64,000 nt of DNA from Octopus vulgaris (taxonomy: Eukaryota), in contig OX597828.1 in NCBI GenBank assembly GCA_951406725.2, positions 39,494,001-39,558,000 of the forward strand, written 5' to 3'. The stretch's first letter is position 1. The number at the start of each line of letters is the position of its first letter. Positions 41,048-55,249 of this stretch are shown in pieces. The notes beneath the pieces were generated by a model. The model was not told the DNA's origin, did no database searches, and worked only from the letters and a program-made list of their open reading frames with translations. Made by a program: the position numbers and the translations under genes.

Positions 41048-43029
41048 TATGTCTGTCTGTCTGTATGTATTTGATTTGTGTAACTTTGTCCATTTTTTTC
41101 ATCATTGTTTTTGTATACATTCGCTGCTTTCTTCAAAGGAATCTAATGCTCTTAGCTTAGTTTTTCCTTGGGGCTGGCCAGATTGGAGCAATCTCAAGAA
41201 TAATCAGCCAAAATTGCGAGGATAATCTGGTACTTGACTGAGGAAAGAAAACTTTGAATGACCCGTCCTCGTTTTCTTTGTATCGTCTATCTGGATGTTT
41301 TGTTGACCCTTTTTGTATCACCTAGCTGTTTGGATGTTTTGCGTTCTTGTCCCATTTTATATTTTAGATATATATATATTCACCATTGGAACTCACACAC
41401 AAGGTACAGAAAACTTATATATACACCATTCTGCTTAAATAATAGAACTGCAAATACAATATCTTTACGTATCTCATATCTGATTTCATTCCTCCACTTC
41501 ACTCTGTATCTCATATCTTCTCTATAATAACTATTACTTAAACTTGATATTATTTTATGTAACACATATTGTCCACTGGATGCTTCAAATCACACAGGCA
41601 AGTTTGAAATCTGCCTTGTAAAAATTTCCGTGTCTATAGTCCTTTAGGCCAGTTTTTCATTTCTCCTTCATGTTATGCATTTTTGTTTTGTTTTGCAGCC
41701 CTAAGGCTTTTTTGCTGTATGTGTATTATTAATCATTTTGTCAATGTGTGGCTCCAAGCCTTTATTCTGTTTATTGTTTTGTCCATCGTCCATACACTAA
41801 CAGTCTTGTCTTGAGTCCGTCTCATTTTGTTATGTTTTAGTCCCATTCTTGGCAAGTTTTGATAATGGCCGAAAATGTGCTTGATCCTCTGACCGATAAC
41901 TGAAGAGGAGTTGGTGACCTTCTGTGGAGAGATGTGAAGTGAGATAGAGAAAGTGGTTATTGAAGGTACGCGAGTGCGAAAATGACCAGTGTGTGTGTGT
42001 GTTTATGTGAGTGATGTCTGTGTGAGGAAGTGAAGTCAACAGGTTAGTAGCAGAAGTTAGATTTAGAGGTCAAGAGGCGAGGTGATGTGTGTGAATACAT
42101 TAGTGTTGCCATGTTTAAATGTTATATTACATTATATTATGATGACCACCCTCAGTGAGTACCTGGTATTGTTGGGGCAGCCAGTTAGTCACCATTGTGA
42201 TAATGCCATATAGCTGGTAGTCCAAGGGCTACACATAAGGAGAGCTAAGAGAGCAAATGTTATAGGTGACTTGATCAACCAGCCATTCTTGAGTTGCAAA
42301 TGGCCATGTGGGAGAGGCCAGAGTCCTGCTGGAACATGTACTGCCTTCATTGGGCAATGTTACCAATCCGGAGCTTGACTACTATGTGTGACACCTTGAA
42401 GCTATTGGAATTTGGTGTGACTCTCTATGGAACTATTTGTCATTCCATATCTTCATCTTTTGGTCCTGGTTGAAGTTCTCATTGGAGAAGCACCAGAGGA
42501 TGACAAGTTTCTCAGAATGCTTCAGCTTGTTCAGCAACAGCAAGTACTTTAACTAGATTACCTGATGCTCTTGGAGCTTGTTTGCCCTCTCTACTTCACA
42601 TAAGACTTGTTCCTGAATGTCCTTGTGCACACACAAACACACACATTATACATATAATATTTTTTAATATGTCAACCTAGGGTAGTAAAATGTGCACAAT
42701 GTTATATCTATTGAAATGTGTCTTACTACAAAGGCTAGCTGAAGTGTCAGGAATATTCTGATTGAAGGATAGCAACAAATGTAGAAGCAAAGCGTTCTTA
42801 ATGTGTAGAAAGGGCTGTGCTCTCTTCTAAGGGTAGCAAAGTGTGTAAAATGTGATGACTATCAACTGGTTAATTAAGTAGCTGATATATAACACACTGA
42901 CTGACCAAAGCTTTGTGAGTGAACTTGATAGACAGAAGCTAAAAGAAGCCCCTTGTGTGTGTCTGTGTCTCCTTGTTTTGATATTGTGCAACTAATGACA
43001 TTACTACTGTGTTTTATTGCTCATGGCTC

Positions 43030-43790
43030 ATCATCAAACAGGCCATATTACTAAAAAAATTCAATGAAATTTTTCATTAGGTGTGCCATTCAGAAAGTCC
43101 CATTGCTTTTTGTCCACAACTGCTCTATGTATTTGGGTTGTCAGATAAATTCATTTTATTTATTTATTTTAATCTTTTCCAATATTATTTCATCCCCAGT
43201 TACAATTTGATGCCTAAAAGTAGCATTTCAAGAATTTGGCAACAGTTGTTTGCAAATGTTTACAAGTCATTGAGCCTAGGCCTTGGTCAGTTCATGAGAG
43301 ACTTCTCTACTGCATCTGTTCAAAAGGCCGACCTTATGGAGGTATCAATTGATAGTGCTTTGTGAAGGACCAAGTTCTGCCAATAGTGTATGAGTGCTTG
43401 TGCCATTTCAAGCAAGGCCTCATTTTCCACTACAGAAAGTCTCCCTGACCTTGTTTTTTTTTTTTTGAGGTTGATGTTACCTTCCTTGAGATGTCTGAAC
43501 CAAATTTGTGCCATATGTTTGCCCACAGTCCCTGGGCCTTCTAAGACATCATTAGTTTTTTTTTGCCACTGCTGTTGTATCCGGTCCTTTTTTTTTTCAC
43601 AGATAATGCAAAATGGCTATAATTGCAATTTTTTCATTACTCATTGTCAATTAGAGAATAAAGAATGAACAATTCAGCAATGATTGGACAATAAGTTGAA
43701 TCAAATTAATGATATAACATGGAAATATAAGCTGTGAAAAATCATCGGTGAAAATAAAAAAAAAAAACCCAAAAACTTTTGACTCAACTT
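43030..43790 (-). mobile_element. Mariner remnant
   Basis: AQIWFRHLKEGNINLK..RSGRLSVVENEALLEM (mariner HTH and linker); boundaries approximate. Confidence 0.65.
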
Positions 43791-44110
43791 CTTCAATGTA
43801 GTTTTAGATATACACAATGCCTGAAAATTAGATGAGATGGTCACAACTGGAATAACAGTTGACTAGGTGTTGATGCCATTGCTGCTGACCTAGCTGAAAT
43901 AACAAAAAGATTTTAAAATATCTTACAAGAAAACTAAATATTTTATTGATAAACTCGAATGTGAATGAGTGAATGGAAAAATGGCTGGAAAATGGAAATT
44001 TTTTTTTTGAAATTTAATTTCTTTAATGTGTTTTTTTTTTTTATTTATCTTCAAATGATGAGTGATGACTTTAGTTCAGTAACTCCTCTTCTATGTCTCT
44101 CTTGTTTCTT

Positions 44111-44335
44111 TTAATCATCATTGCTGAAGTTAGTGCGCAGAGGTACAATAGCTTGTGAGACATCTTTAGCCATTTCTGACTGCAGGCTGTTGGCTGCATG
44201 AGAAAGCTGAAGTGCAGCATCAGGATGTGCAGTGCCAGGTAACAATGTGCACTCTCGCTCTAACATCAATGCCATTGCATCAAGCAGCTCAAGGAATCCA
44301 AATGAAAGGGCAGCTCGTCTCAGACGATTCAACTC
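44111..44335 (-). CDS. INTS14: Integrator complex subunit 14 (VWA9), terminal coding exon
   Basis: ttcag|ELNRLRRAALSFGFLELLDAMALMLERECTLLPGTAHPDAALQLSHAA...PLRTNF-stop; recognisably the INTS14 C-terminus (human, from memory: ELNRLRKAALAFGFLDLL...LERECTLLPETAHPDAAFQL). Confidence 0.93.
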   Translation of the reverse strand, partial: ELNRLRRAALSFGFLELLDAMALMLERECTLLPGTAHPDAALQLSHAANSLQSEMAKDVSQAIVPLRTNFSNDD

Positions 44336-46526
44336 CTGAAAATAAAATTACAATAAGTGAAAATCTTTTTCTAATAAAAAGGAAAAAAAACAAAATGAAA
44401 TTTGTTAAGCTTATTTCTTGCAAGTGCACAGTTAATATTTTCTTCTTGTTTTTAATTCAATTTTTCCTTTTACAACTATTTTACTACATTAAACATGGGT
44501 TGAGTGGTTCTGAAAATTTAGACATTTGTCAGAAACATATACCTAGCAATTGAATCTCCTTCATAAAGCTTAAAGTAAGAATATTTCCACATGATACTGA
44601 TGTGTGCTGTGCCTCCCCATGTCTCAGAATATAGAGCCAGTCATCATGTTTGAAATCAAGTTTTGAAGTCACTTTTAGATCAGCTATCCAGCACTTTAAT
44701 TATTCTGAATGCCTGAAGCTTATTCTTACAAGACAAGAGACTTAAAATGTGTGGTTTCAATATCTAGGATGGTAAGATGAGATTCTTTTGTTGTCTTGTC
44801 ACTATATTTCTGTAAAAAATACACTGTCTTTGTTTTAAATGATTTTGAAAATATTCAAGAATTTATAAAAATAACTTGAACAATTAAAAGGATAAAGACC
44901 CTCTTTGGTCATGAATGACCATGGGATTGCACCTAGAAAGTAACCTTCTGAGGCACAAGTCCAGGCAAGGTGGTTAATAGAAGACCAACAATCTCCCATT
45001 CATACCAGTCTGCCCTCTCCACACCACCAATGTTATCCAAAGGAAAAGCAAAGGCCAATACAGCTTGGTACCATCTCAACTCATTTCTACAGCTAAGTGA
45101 ACTAGAGCAATGTGAAATGAAGTGTCTTACTCAAGAACATAATACACAACCTAGTCTGGGAATCAAACTCACTACCTCATGATTGTGAGTTTGATGCTCT
45201 AACCAGTGCGTCATGCACCTTCACAACTTAACCATTATTAGCCTGGAATATAAATTAACACGTAATTTTGATGGAAGGTTTTAACATGTATTTCTACAAA
45301 TCGTTTAACGTCCACTTTCCATGCTAGCATGGGTTGGATGATTTGACTGAGGACTGGCGAACCAGATGGCTGCACCAAGCTCCATTCTGATCGGGCAGAG
45401 TTTCTACAGCTGGATGCCTTTCCTAATGCCAACCACTCTGAGAGTGTAGTGGGTGCTTTTATGTGCCACTGGCACGAGGGCCAGTCAGGCGGTACTGGCA
45501 ACGGCCATGCTCAAATGGTGTTTTTTACGTGCCACCTGCACAGGAACCAGTCCAGTGGCACTGGCAACAAACTCATGGAATTTTTTAATCATAGAGCTAG
45601 GAATGGCCTCAGTGGGTTGGTATCAAAAGGGTTGAAGGAAGGTAAGTACACTGTAAAGTGGTTGGTGTCTAGAAACCAAACCAAAAATGTTTTATACCAG
45701 TGAAACATGGTCCTCAGGCTTAACTAGGTTGGCAGTAATTCTAAATAAGAACTGATTTGGCCATCCAAGCCATACAGGCATGGAAAGTGGGTGTATGATG
45801 ATGACAACGACGATGACGATAATGATGAAGATAGAGTGATTTATGTTTGAAGCTATCACAAAAGTATCACAAATATTTTGTGTGTAGAATAATATGCTCC
45901 AGGTAACTAACAACAATAATAAATATGCATAAAAAGCAAACTGTTCATGAAGTACACATGGCCAGACAATTTCTCCTCATTAATCAATAAATATCAATAT
46001 AGGCCTCTACAGTTTAGCTAAGCTATTAAACTTAAAATCAATAAGGAATTATCAATTCTTTTTTTCCATAGGAAAGTAGGAAAACAAACTAAATTATAGC
46101 TAAATGAAATTATAAAGTAATTATTGTTTTTAACGTTTCAACTGTATTAATGAAAATATCATAAACATAAAAATTCAGTAACAAAGTTAGCTTTAATTCT
46201 ACCAACTGGTTACCAACATTTTATCCAAATCAGGCAAAACATTCTGGACATTCATGTAAAATTTCCGCTTTGCCATCAAAAGAAATGCTCTCTTTTGTAA
46301 CAAAAGCAAAAACTTGGAGACTTGCAAAAACGCTTGTATTGTAAAGCAGTAATTACGCGTAGGAGTGGGTGTGTGGTAAGTAGCTTGCTTACCAACCACA
46401 TGGTTCCGGGTTTAGTCCCACTGTGTGGCACCTTGAGCAAGTGTCTTCTACTATAGCCTCGAGCCAACCAAAGCCTTGTGAGTGGATTTGGTAGATGGAA
46501 ACTGAAAGAAGCTCGTTGTATATATG

Positions 46527-46557
<31 letters not shown>

Positions 46558-49500
46558 GTGTATATATATATATATATATACACATATATATATACATATA
46601 TATTGATAAAAATGGTAAGACAACAAAAGAATGAAAGAGACCTCGATATTATGTAAATAGAGAAATTCATTTGTAAATGTGACAATTATTTGGTAGCCAT
46701 GATAAAACTTCGAGTTTTGGATGTCGGGTTGGAAACCCATACCGGCATCTCTTCAGTTATCGGGCCATCGAAAAAATGGCCAGATAGCTGAAGAGATGGC
46801 GCCATGGATTTCCACCTTGGCATCCGAAACTCAGAACGTAAAGACAGACAAAATACCTATTTCTTTACTACCCACAAGGGGCTAAACACAGAGAGGACAA
46901 ACAAGGACACACAAACGGATTAAGTCGATTACATCAACTCCAGTGCATAACTGGTAGTTAATTTATCGACCCCAAAAGGATGAAAGGCAAAGTTGACCTC
47001 GGCGGAATTTGAACTCAGAACATAACGGCAGACGAAATACTGCTAAGCACTTCGCCCAGCGTGCTAACGTTTCTGCCAGCTCACCGCCTTTCATCAATTT
47101 TCTGCTGATTCTTAACAACCTCTGTTGTGTATTCCTTCTTTTACACTAACAATTAGTGACAAGATCTTCTATCCTACACCATTTTCTGTGCATCCTGTGT
47201 CTTATACTATAGTCTCAGATGAACCAAAGCCTTGCGAGTGAAATTTGATTGTTATTGTTTAGCCCCAGTTCAGCTTTGATTGAGCAGATCTATGATCAAA
47301 GAGATTCCAACCTTGACCATCCTGTCCCTTTTAGGAGTCAAGGTAAACATTATCTGATGTATAATTTTCTTTTGTAAAAAGTACTGGTGCCACATAAGAA
47401 GCACCCAGTACACTCTGTAGAGTGGTTGGCATCAGGAAGAGCATCTAACTGCAGTTCCTGGTCATGTCAGCTTCTGTCAAACTGTCCAATCCATACCAGC
47501 ATGAAAAACAAATGTTAAATGGTGATGATGATGAAGACAGTAGAGTGTCTTCTACTAGCAGGTCAAGCATCCTTTAACTCTTTAGCATTCAAATTACTCT
47601 GCCAAATTTAAAGCTTATTAATTCATATTGTTTTGGATTAATCATGTACTGTCTCATAGCTTTGAGATTTTGATGATATTATTGTCTATTTTTAGAATGG
47701 CATTGTAGGATAGGTGTGAGTGGTTAAGTGTGAGAGATTAGATCACGTCAGTTTGAACATAAAACAGGAGGCATATTATGCTAAATAGATATGCTTGAAT
47801 AGGGGAGTACAATTTGAAGGACTTTGCTATCTATTTCTAGCAAATCAAGCAAATATGTAGACAGGATGTGGGGGAAACCCAGATGAAGAAATATTGTTTT
47901 TGACTTGGGGCTGTAATCTGTTGCCTGAATCAACTTCACCACCTAATCTTTGGTTGCCATCATTCAGACCTGATCTTCAGTCTGAGGATAACTTTCTCCT
48001 ACATGCCTAGGGAACCTTTAAAAGAGTCACTTGTGCTGCCTTTACTCCCCTGCATGGCTGTGTGGTAAGAAGTTTGCTTCCCAACCATATGGTTCCAGGT
48101 TCAACCCCATTGTGTGGCACCATGGGCAAGTGTTTTCTACTATAACCTTGGGCTGACCAAAACCTTGTGAATGGATTTGGTAGACGGAAACTGAAAAAAG
48201 CCCATCATATATATGCATGTATAAATATTTATGTGTATGTGCCTTTGTGTCTGTGTTTACATCCCTGTAACCTAGCAGTTCAGCAAGGGGGATCACTAGA
48301 ATAAGTACCTAGCTTTACAAAAAAATAAAAAGTACTAGGGTTGATTTGTTCAACTAACATTCTTCAAGGTGGTGCCCCTGCATGGCCACAGCCTAATGAC
48401 CGAAACAAATAGAAGATAGAGTATCCCATGTCCAACTAAGAACATTCTTCAAAGTATTTCCCCCTACCCTTTCAAGTAACCTGTGGAGATACATAGCTCA
48501 GTGGTTAGGGCATTGGACTCATGATCGTAAGAGAGCAAAGCACTTTATTTCATGTTGTTCCAGTCCACTCAGCGGGCAAAAATGAGTAATTTTGCAATGG
48601 ACTGGTGTCCCATTCAGATGAGGAATAAATACGCCATGAAACTGGCCCTTATGAGCTAGTATGACTCTCCTACCCTGATGTAATCTCCAGGGATACAGGC
48701 ATCCAGCAACAGGACCTCCGTAATGCTATGATGGACCGTGAAGTCTGGCGTAGCATGGTAAATTCCATTGTCTCAACCACGGTCGAACAATGATGATGAT
48801 GATGACGACTCAAGAATGTAACTCTACTTTGCTTTTTTCAAGTAACCTCTATAACCCTCTTGAAGTAAGTTTCCACTCAATGTGCCAGCCACTCACATGT
48901 GTTAGTGTTCCTAGGTAAAGTGATCTGTTCATTTGATATTTTTCTCTATTCATTGTCGCTCAAGTTTACATTATATACACAACAGCTTTGTTATTTTTCC
49001 CTCTCACCCATAGCCAGTTTTCCTCAAAATTTACTGACAGTGTCTGTATTATTGTGATACAGTCACGCTTTGCCTGTTTAAATTTTCACACACTCTAAGA
49101 ATATCAAAACAAATTTTTTTGTGTACAGACCTACATATCAACTGAACTATGTTCAATCCCTCCTACCACACTTAGACCAAGGACAAGAGACATGTTTGTC
49201 ATGTTAAGTTTAAGTACGTTAACAACAGCTGGCTGCACACATCACAGCCATGAGCCAAACAGGAATTCTCTCTTTTGTAGCTCAACTTTCTAGAAATAGC
49301 AGCCAAACCACCTTCAAGCTAACCCCCATCATCTTAAAAATAAAAAAAAAAAGCACATACTGGATAGTGTAGTCCTGGGTAGACAATGCCTGAAGAAATG
49401 TTTTAAAAGTGAAAATACAGGATGGTTGTGGCTGGAATGCCACAATCAATGGGACTGTTTTATCAGGGCTGATTTAGGATTTAAACAGCAGCAACAATTA

Positions 49501-50649
49501 CAAAGGTAAAAAAAATAGGTCATGTAAGTCTTACTGGTGTCTCTCTCTCTTATTAATAGACAACTGTCCCTCACCCTAGGGCCCAATATTTTTTTGACTA
49601 CTACAATATATATACTCTCCTTTGATAATATAAAAAAAGATTAATGTCATCATGACATAACAAGGTCCTTTCATTATTACATCAACTGCATGGACAAAAT
49701 GTCAATTTTTAAAAAATTAAACACCAATATCAAATATAAGAGAGAGAGAGAGAGAGAGAGAAGAAAAGTAAAAAAAGAAATGTTGATGGCAGTTATTCTA
49801 AACAACCTGTTTTCCTTTCAGTTTATTTAGGTTAAAACACACAAAGGAAGAAAAAACAACCTAACAACCAATGTGTACTGGTAAGCAGCTTTAGATATTA
49901 TAAATGTAAACTTGATATCCTTGTTTGCAATAGAAAAAGAAATATAACCACCACCTACCACACATTCATCCACTTAGTGACACACTATACAAATAACAAA
50001 TACCAGGAAAGAGAGAGAGGGAGAGGGAGAGAGAGGAAGAGAGGGGGAGAGAGAGAGGGAGAGAGAGAGAGAGAGGGAGAGAGAGAGAGAGAGAAGCTTT
50101 CCTTTAGATAAGAATGAAAGGCAAGTACCTACATTGTTGTTGTTGTCATTTAACATCCACTTTCAGTCCTGGCATGGGTTGGATGGTTTGATAAGGAGCT
50201 AGCCAGCCGGGAAGCTGTCCATACTCCAATTGTCTGTTGCAGCATGGTTTCTACGGCCGGCCGGATGGATAGAATTCATTGATGCCATCACCAGTTCCAT
50301 GCCAAATATGTTTCCACAGAAGACTGGAAACAAAGAACACCACTAGTATGATGGTGATGTTTGTTTACAACCCATGCCAGCATGGAAAGCAGACGTTAAA
50401 TGACGATGATGATGACGATATCACATGATGTCAACACAAGGAGATACTAACACAGTCACACATGCATACACATAATCACACACACACACACACACAAGTG
50501 CACACACATTGGGCTTCTTTCAGTTTTTGTCTTACCAAATCCACCCAGAAGGGTCTGGCCAGCTTGGGGCTACAGCAGAAGACACTTTCCCAGGATATCA
50601 CACAATGGGACTGGACCTGAAACCCTGTGGTTGGGAAGCAAACAGCTAT

Positions 50650-51250
50650 TGAAGATTTTCTTATAATTATGGCTTTTGGGAGAAGTCTATCTTGGTTAGA
50701 AATGTTTGATAGATAAAGGTTTCCCCAACAGCCATAAGAAAATCTTCAAGAGATGCTCTGTGAAAGTTTCCTACAGCTGTAGTCCAAATATGCTAAACTC
50801 ATGTAAGCAACCAAGATGCCTACTCGAAATTGCAACTTTAGGAATCCAGATATTTGCCCACAAGACCAGGCATGCATGGTTAGCTCAGTCATCTACAAAA
50901 CCGAAACTGATCTCTGTTCTGCTAAATAAAGGAACCAAAAAAAGAAACAAAAAAAAAAAGTATATTGGATTGCATCAAAATGATTTCACAAGATGTGCCA
51001 ACCATCAGTCTTCTTTCAAGCACATAGACTAAAAGTACAAAGCCAACAAGCTATATATCTGGGACCTGACAAACAACAGTATATAACATACTGTCAAGTG
51101 GAGCATCACAGAGAGATCTAGGTCATACATTAACAAATCTAAAAATGCAGGTTCTGCATAGTAGAAAGAATATACTTCCCTGCTAAACCAACCTTCAGAT
51201 GCCCTCTACCCACCTCACCAGAGGAGACAATCAGTTTAATCCATTTTAGC
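50650..51250 (+). mobile_element. Penelope-like retroelement remnant (RT C-terminus and GIY-YIG endonuclease)
   Basis: IDKGFPNSHKKIFKRCSVKVSYSCSPNM...KYIGL...CANHQSSFK...YIWDL...KWSI, typical of the PLE C-terminus. Confidence 0.75.
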
Positions 51251-51849
51251 CTTACCCTACCATTCAACTAACCCAACTAAGCATAGTTATTTTTGATGGA
51301 TGCACTCAATATCAACAGTATTCTTCCTTAAAACAATTGATGGGACATAACCTTTATCCCCCATTTACTTAACATCTTTTGTAATTTTTCTCTCCTTTTT
51401 TTTTCCTTCTCACATTTCGTCATGGAATATCTGAATCATGCGAACCTGAATAATTGCCAGAACAAGCATAGTAGGCTATACAAGTCAGCTCAATTACTGC
51501 ACTATCAAACATGAAACTTGAAGCAGGTCACATACATCTCTTGCATAATCCTCCTCCTTTAATGTCTGTTTTCCATGTTGGTATTAAATAATACTTAACT
51601 CTTACTGCATTGAGTACATTTTTGTTGATCCTACCAACAAAAAAATCAAACAGTACACTATTTTATATACACATACAAACTATATATATCAATATATATA
51701 TATATATACACACTAGGGTAGGGTAGGTGACTGCTTATTCTGATCATTTGTCTTTTAGTTTCCTGTAGCTTTGCTCTCTTTTACAAATCCAGTGAACATA
51801 CATATACTTCCTATTTCAAAGAAATTCGAACAATAGATATAAGACCTAA

Positions 51850-52540
51850 GTTAAAAAGATTCTCAACAATTTAACTTCTCTGGTTGACATTAAGACACCT
51901 ACCCCTAATAGGGGCCTTAACTCCCATATTTTAGAGCTCCATGACCGCCATTTTTCAGGAGCAAAATCCTTTTAACAGGTTCAATAAGACTGGAATTTTG
52001 GAATCTTCGCATAAAGATCATTAGTATGGGATACATGTGTCATGATTAGAATTGTTTTAGGGTTTGTAAAGCGGGAAAGAACCCGCACCTGCAATTTTGA
52101 TGAAATTCCAATCATAGGTATTCCAGTTCATTAGAGAAAATATAACAGGAAAGTCTAATTCTTCAATTGCATGTAATACGGGCAACGCCAGGTATCTCTG
52201 CTAGTATTATATATATGTATGTATGTATGCCTGTATATATGATATAATAGCTTCACTTTAATAGTTTCAGTATTAAAGTGAAACTATTAAAGTGAAAATA
52301 TTTGACATTACAATAGAGAGATGTTATTGTGTCACTTTTGACACGTAATACTGAAATAGTAGAGGAGATATGATATTGCTCTGGGCTCGCACTAGGCAAG
52401 AAGTTAAAAAGTTTTTGGCCTATGACACTACATGGACCCTAAGTAAGGCATGTGTAAAATTTGAATGAAATTGGTTGTGTAGTTCTCAAGTTTTAGGGAT
52501 TCACACGGACACACATTCTCATCTTTATATATATATAGAT
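51850..52540. mobile_element. Helitron-like termini (3' end on +, 5' end on -)
   Basis: cgggcaacgccaggtatctctgCTAG|t at 52180-52205 (similar end at ~39198-39225). The minus strand from 52540 reads aTCtatatatatataaagatgagaatg. Related internal sequence occurs at 34490-34630 and 38865-39000. Confidence 0.55.
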
Positions 52541-53659
52541 ATATGTGTGTATATATACATACATATATATATACTCTTTTATTCTTTTACTTGTTTAAGT
52601 CATTTGACTGCAGCCATGCTGGAGCACTGTCTTAAAGGGTTTTAGTTGAAGAAATTGACCCACAGTACATATTCTTTGTAAGCCTAGTACTTGTTCTACT
52701 GGTCTCTTTTGTTGAGCCACTAAGTTATGCTGACATAAAGACATAAACACATCAATATTGGTTGTCAAGTGATGGTGGGTGGACAAACACAGACACAAAT
52801 CTATAAATATAAACACACATGAATACACACACACACACGCATGCGCGCGCCCACACGCTCACACACACACACATGTATATATACGACAGACTCTTTTCAG
52901 TTTCTGCCTACCAAATACACTCACAAGGCTTTGGTTGGTTTGAGGCTATAGTAGAAAACACTTACGCAAAGTGCCATGCAGTGGGACTGAACCCGGAACC
53001 ATGTGGTTGGGAACTAAGCTTCTTACCACACAGCCATGCCTGTGCCTGTATAGATGCCATGCTTGAGAAGGAGACCCATAAAGCCAAGTGAAATTGTAGT
53101 TGTGGCAGATACTGGTGTCATGCAACTGGCACCCATACTGGTGGCACGTAAAAGCACCCATTACACTCTTAGAGTGGTTGGTGTCAGGAAGGGCATCCAA
53201 TCGTAGAAACCATGCGAAATCAGACTGAAGTCTGGTGCAGCCCCTCAGCTTGCCAGTCCAACCCATGCCAGAATGGACAACAGACATTAAAAGATGATGA
53301 TGATAATCATCATCATTATCATCATCATCGTTTAACGTCCGTTTTCCATGCTAGCATGGGTTGGACGGTTCAACTGGGGTCTGGGAAGCCAGAAGGCTGC
53401 GCCAGGCCCAGTCTGATCTGGCAACGTTTCTACAGCTGGATGCCCTTACTAACGCCAACCACTCCGTGAGTGTAGTGGATGCTTTTTATGTGCCACCTGC
53501 ACAGGTGCCAGACCAAGCTGGCAACAGCCACAATCGGATGGTGCCTTTTACGTGCCACCGGCATGGAGGCCAGTCAGGGCGGGGCTGGCAACGAACACGT
53601 TCGGATGGTTTTCCTACGTGCCACCGGCACTGGTATCACAGCTACAATTTCCATATATA

Positions 53660-54003
53660 AAAGGGTAAAGACCCCCTTCGGTCATGAATGACCATGGGAT
53701 TGCACCTAGAAAGTTACCTTCCTAGTTACAAGTCCGGGCAAGGTTGTTTATGGAAGGCCAGCAGTCGCCCATGCATACCAGCCTCCCCTCTCCACGCCAC
53801 CAGTGTTATCCAAGGGAAAGACAAAGGTCGATACAGCTTGGCACCAGTGACGTCGCAACTCATTTCTACAGCTGAGTGAACTGGAGCAACGTGAAATAAA
53901 GTGCCTTGCTCGAGAACACAACACGCAGCCCGGTCCGGGATTCGAGCTCACAACCTCACGATCGTAAGCTCGATGCTCTAACCACTGAGCCATGCGCCTT
54001 CAC
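53660..54003 (-). mobile_element. tRNA-derived SINE family D (V-domain-like body)
   Basis: ggctcagtggttagagc...tcgaatcccgg head, then gagcaaggcacttta...ctcagctgtagaaatgag. Other copies at 44888-45225(-) and 56170-56500(+). Confidence 0.85.
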
Positions 54004-54399
54004 AATTTCCATATATATATATATCAATATCAGTAAGTGCATGCATGTGTGATGATAATATATACATTAATATCAGTATGTGCATGTGTGTGTGCGTGTG
54101 TGTGTGTGCGTGTGTGTGTGTGTGTGTATGCATATGTGAGTGCATTTATGGATGTTTTGCTGAAACTGTGTGCTACACAGTGGTTGTGTTGTCATTTTCC
54201 CTGTCAGCAAATCATCTGCTGCCTTTAAGTGTGTGTAGACATGTGAAATATGATATCCTTTACTTGTAAAAATGCCTCATCAAGATATTCATCTAACTCA
54301 TGAATGAATATATATATATGTATCCCCTTCCCCCTTAGTGTAAATCTTTGAAGATGAGACTTGAATATTCATAAAATAATACAGTTAATATGCATTCAC

Positions 54400-54465
54400 C
54401 TTATAGAATTGCTGCTGTTTATCTGGCAGTTTTCTCGCATGGCGCAGAACTTTTTGTAGGTCAGC
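54400..54465 (-). CDS. INTS14: INTS14 penultimate coding exon
   Basis: tatag|ADLQKVLRHARKLPDKQQQFYK|gtgaat; 66 nt, phase 0 on both sides, matching human TDVQKILRNARKLPEKTQTFYK. Earlier exons were not found in the window. Confidence 0.92.
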
Positions 54466-55249
54466 CTATAAATAAATAGAAGAAAGATTATTGTTAATAC
54501 TAGTGAGAGAAAAACAAACCAATAACAGCAAGAATTTTAATAGCAATAACAACAGTAGCTACAACAATATGCTCATGGAGGGACATATAGCAATAACAAT
54601 ATGTTCATGGAGGGACATATAAATATGGTTGCTCAACCTGCAAGAAACAGTAGCTAAATCTCAATCATATAACTTACTATCTTAAAAAAAAATGTACTGA
54701 TTTTTACGTCATGAAAACTAGAAACTTTGAAAGAAGATGAAATAATTCATTTTTAACATTTGAACCCGAAGCAGATGAAGCTTGAGATAATGGCTTCAAA
54801 TTTTGGCGCAAGTTGTTGGGGAGGTGGGTAGTCGATAATATTGACCCCAGTACTCAACTGGCACTTATATTATTGACCGAAAAAGGGACGAAAGGCAAAG
54901 TTGACCTCGGCAGAATTTGAACTCAGAACGTAAAGTCGGACGAAATGCCGCTAAGCATTTTGTTCGATGTACAAACAATTCTGCCAGCTCGCCACCTTAG
55001 ATAACTTTTTCAAATTTTTGCACAATGAACTGAGAACATAAAGACAGATGAAATGCCACTAAGTATTTTGCCCAGCATGCTAATGCTTCAGCCAAGTCAC
55101 TGCCTTAATAAAGCAATAGGTAATAGTGTGTAAATATTAGGTTAAAAACCCTTTGGATAAAAAAATAAAGCCAAAAACTTCCTGTGGATAGAGAAATTGA
55201 AAAGACTACTTTGGTCCAATAGTAGAACATCTGTCATGTTAATAGATAT

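Noticed and set aside
53930-54000. tRNA gene
   Set aside because: The tRNA-like head continues into a multi-copy SINE body and lacks a proper acceptor stem and terminator.
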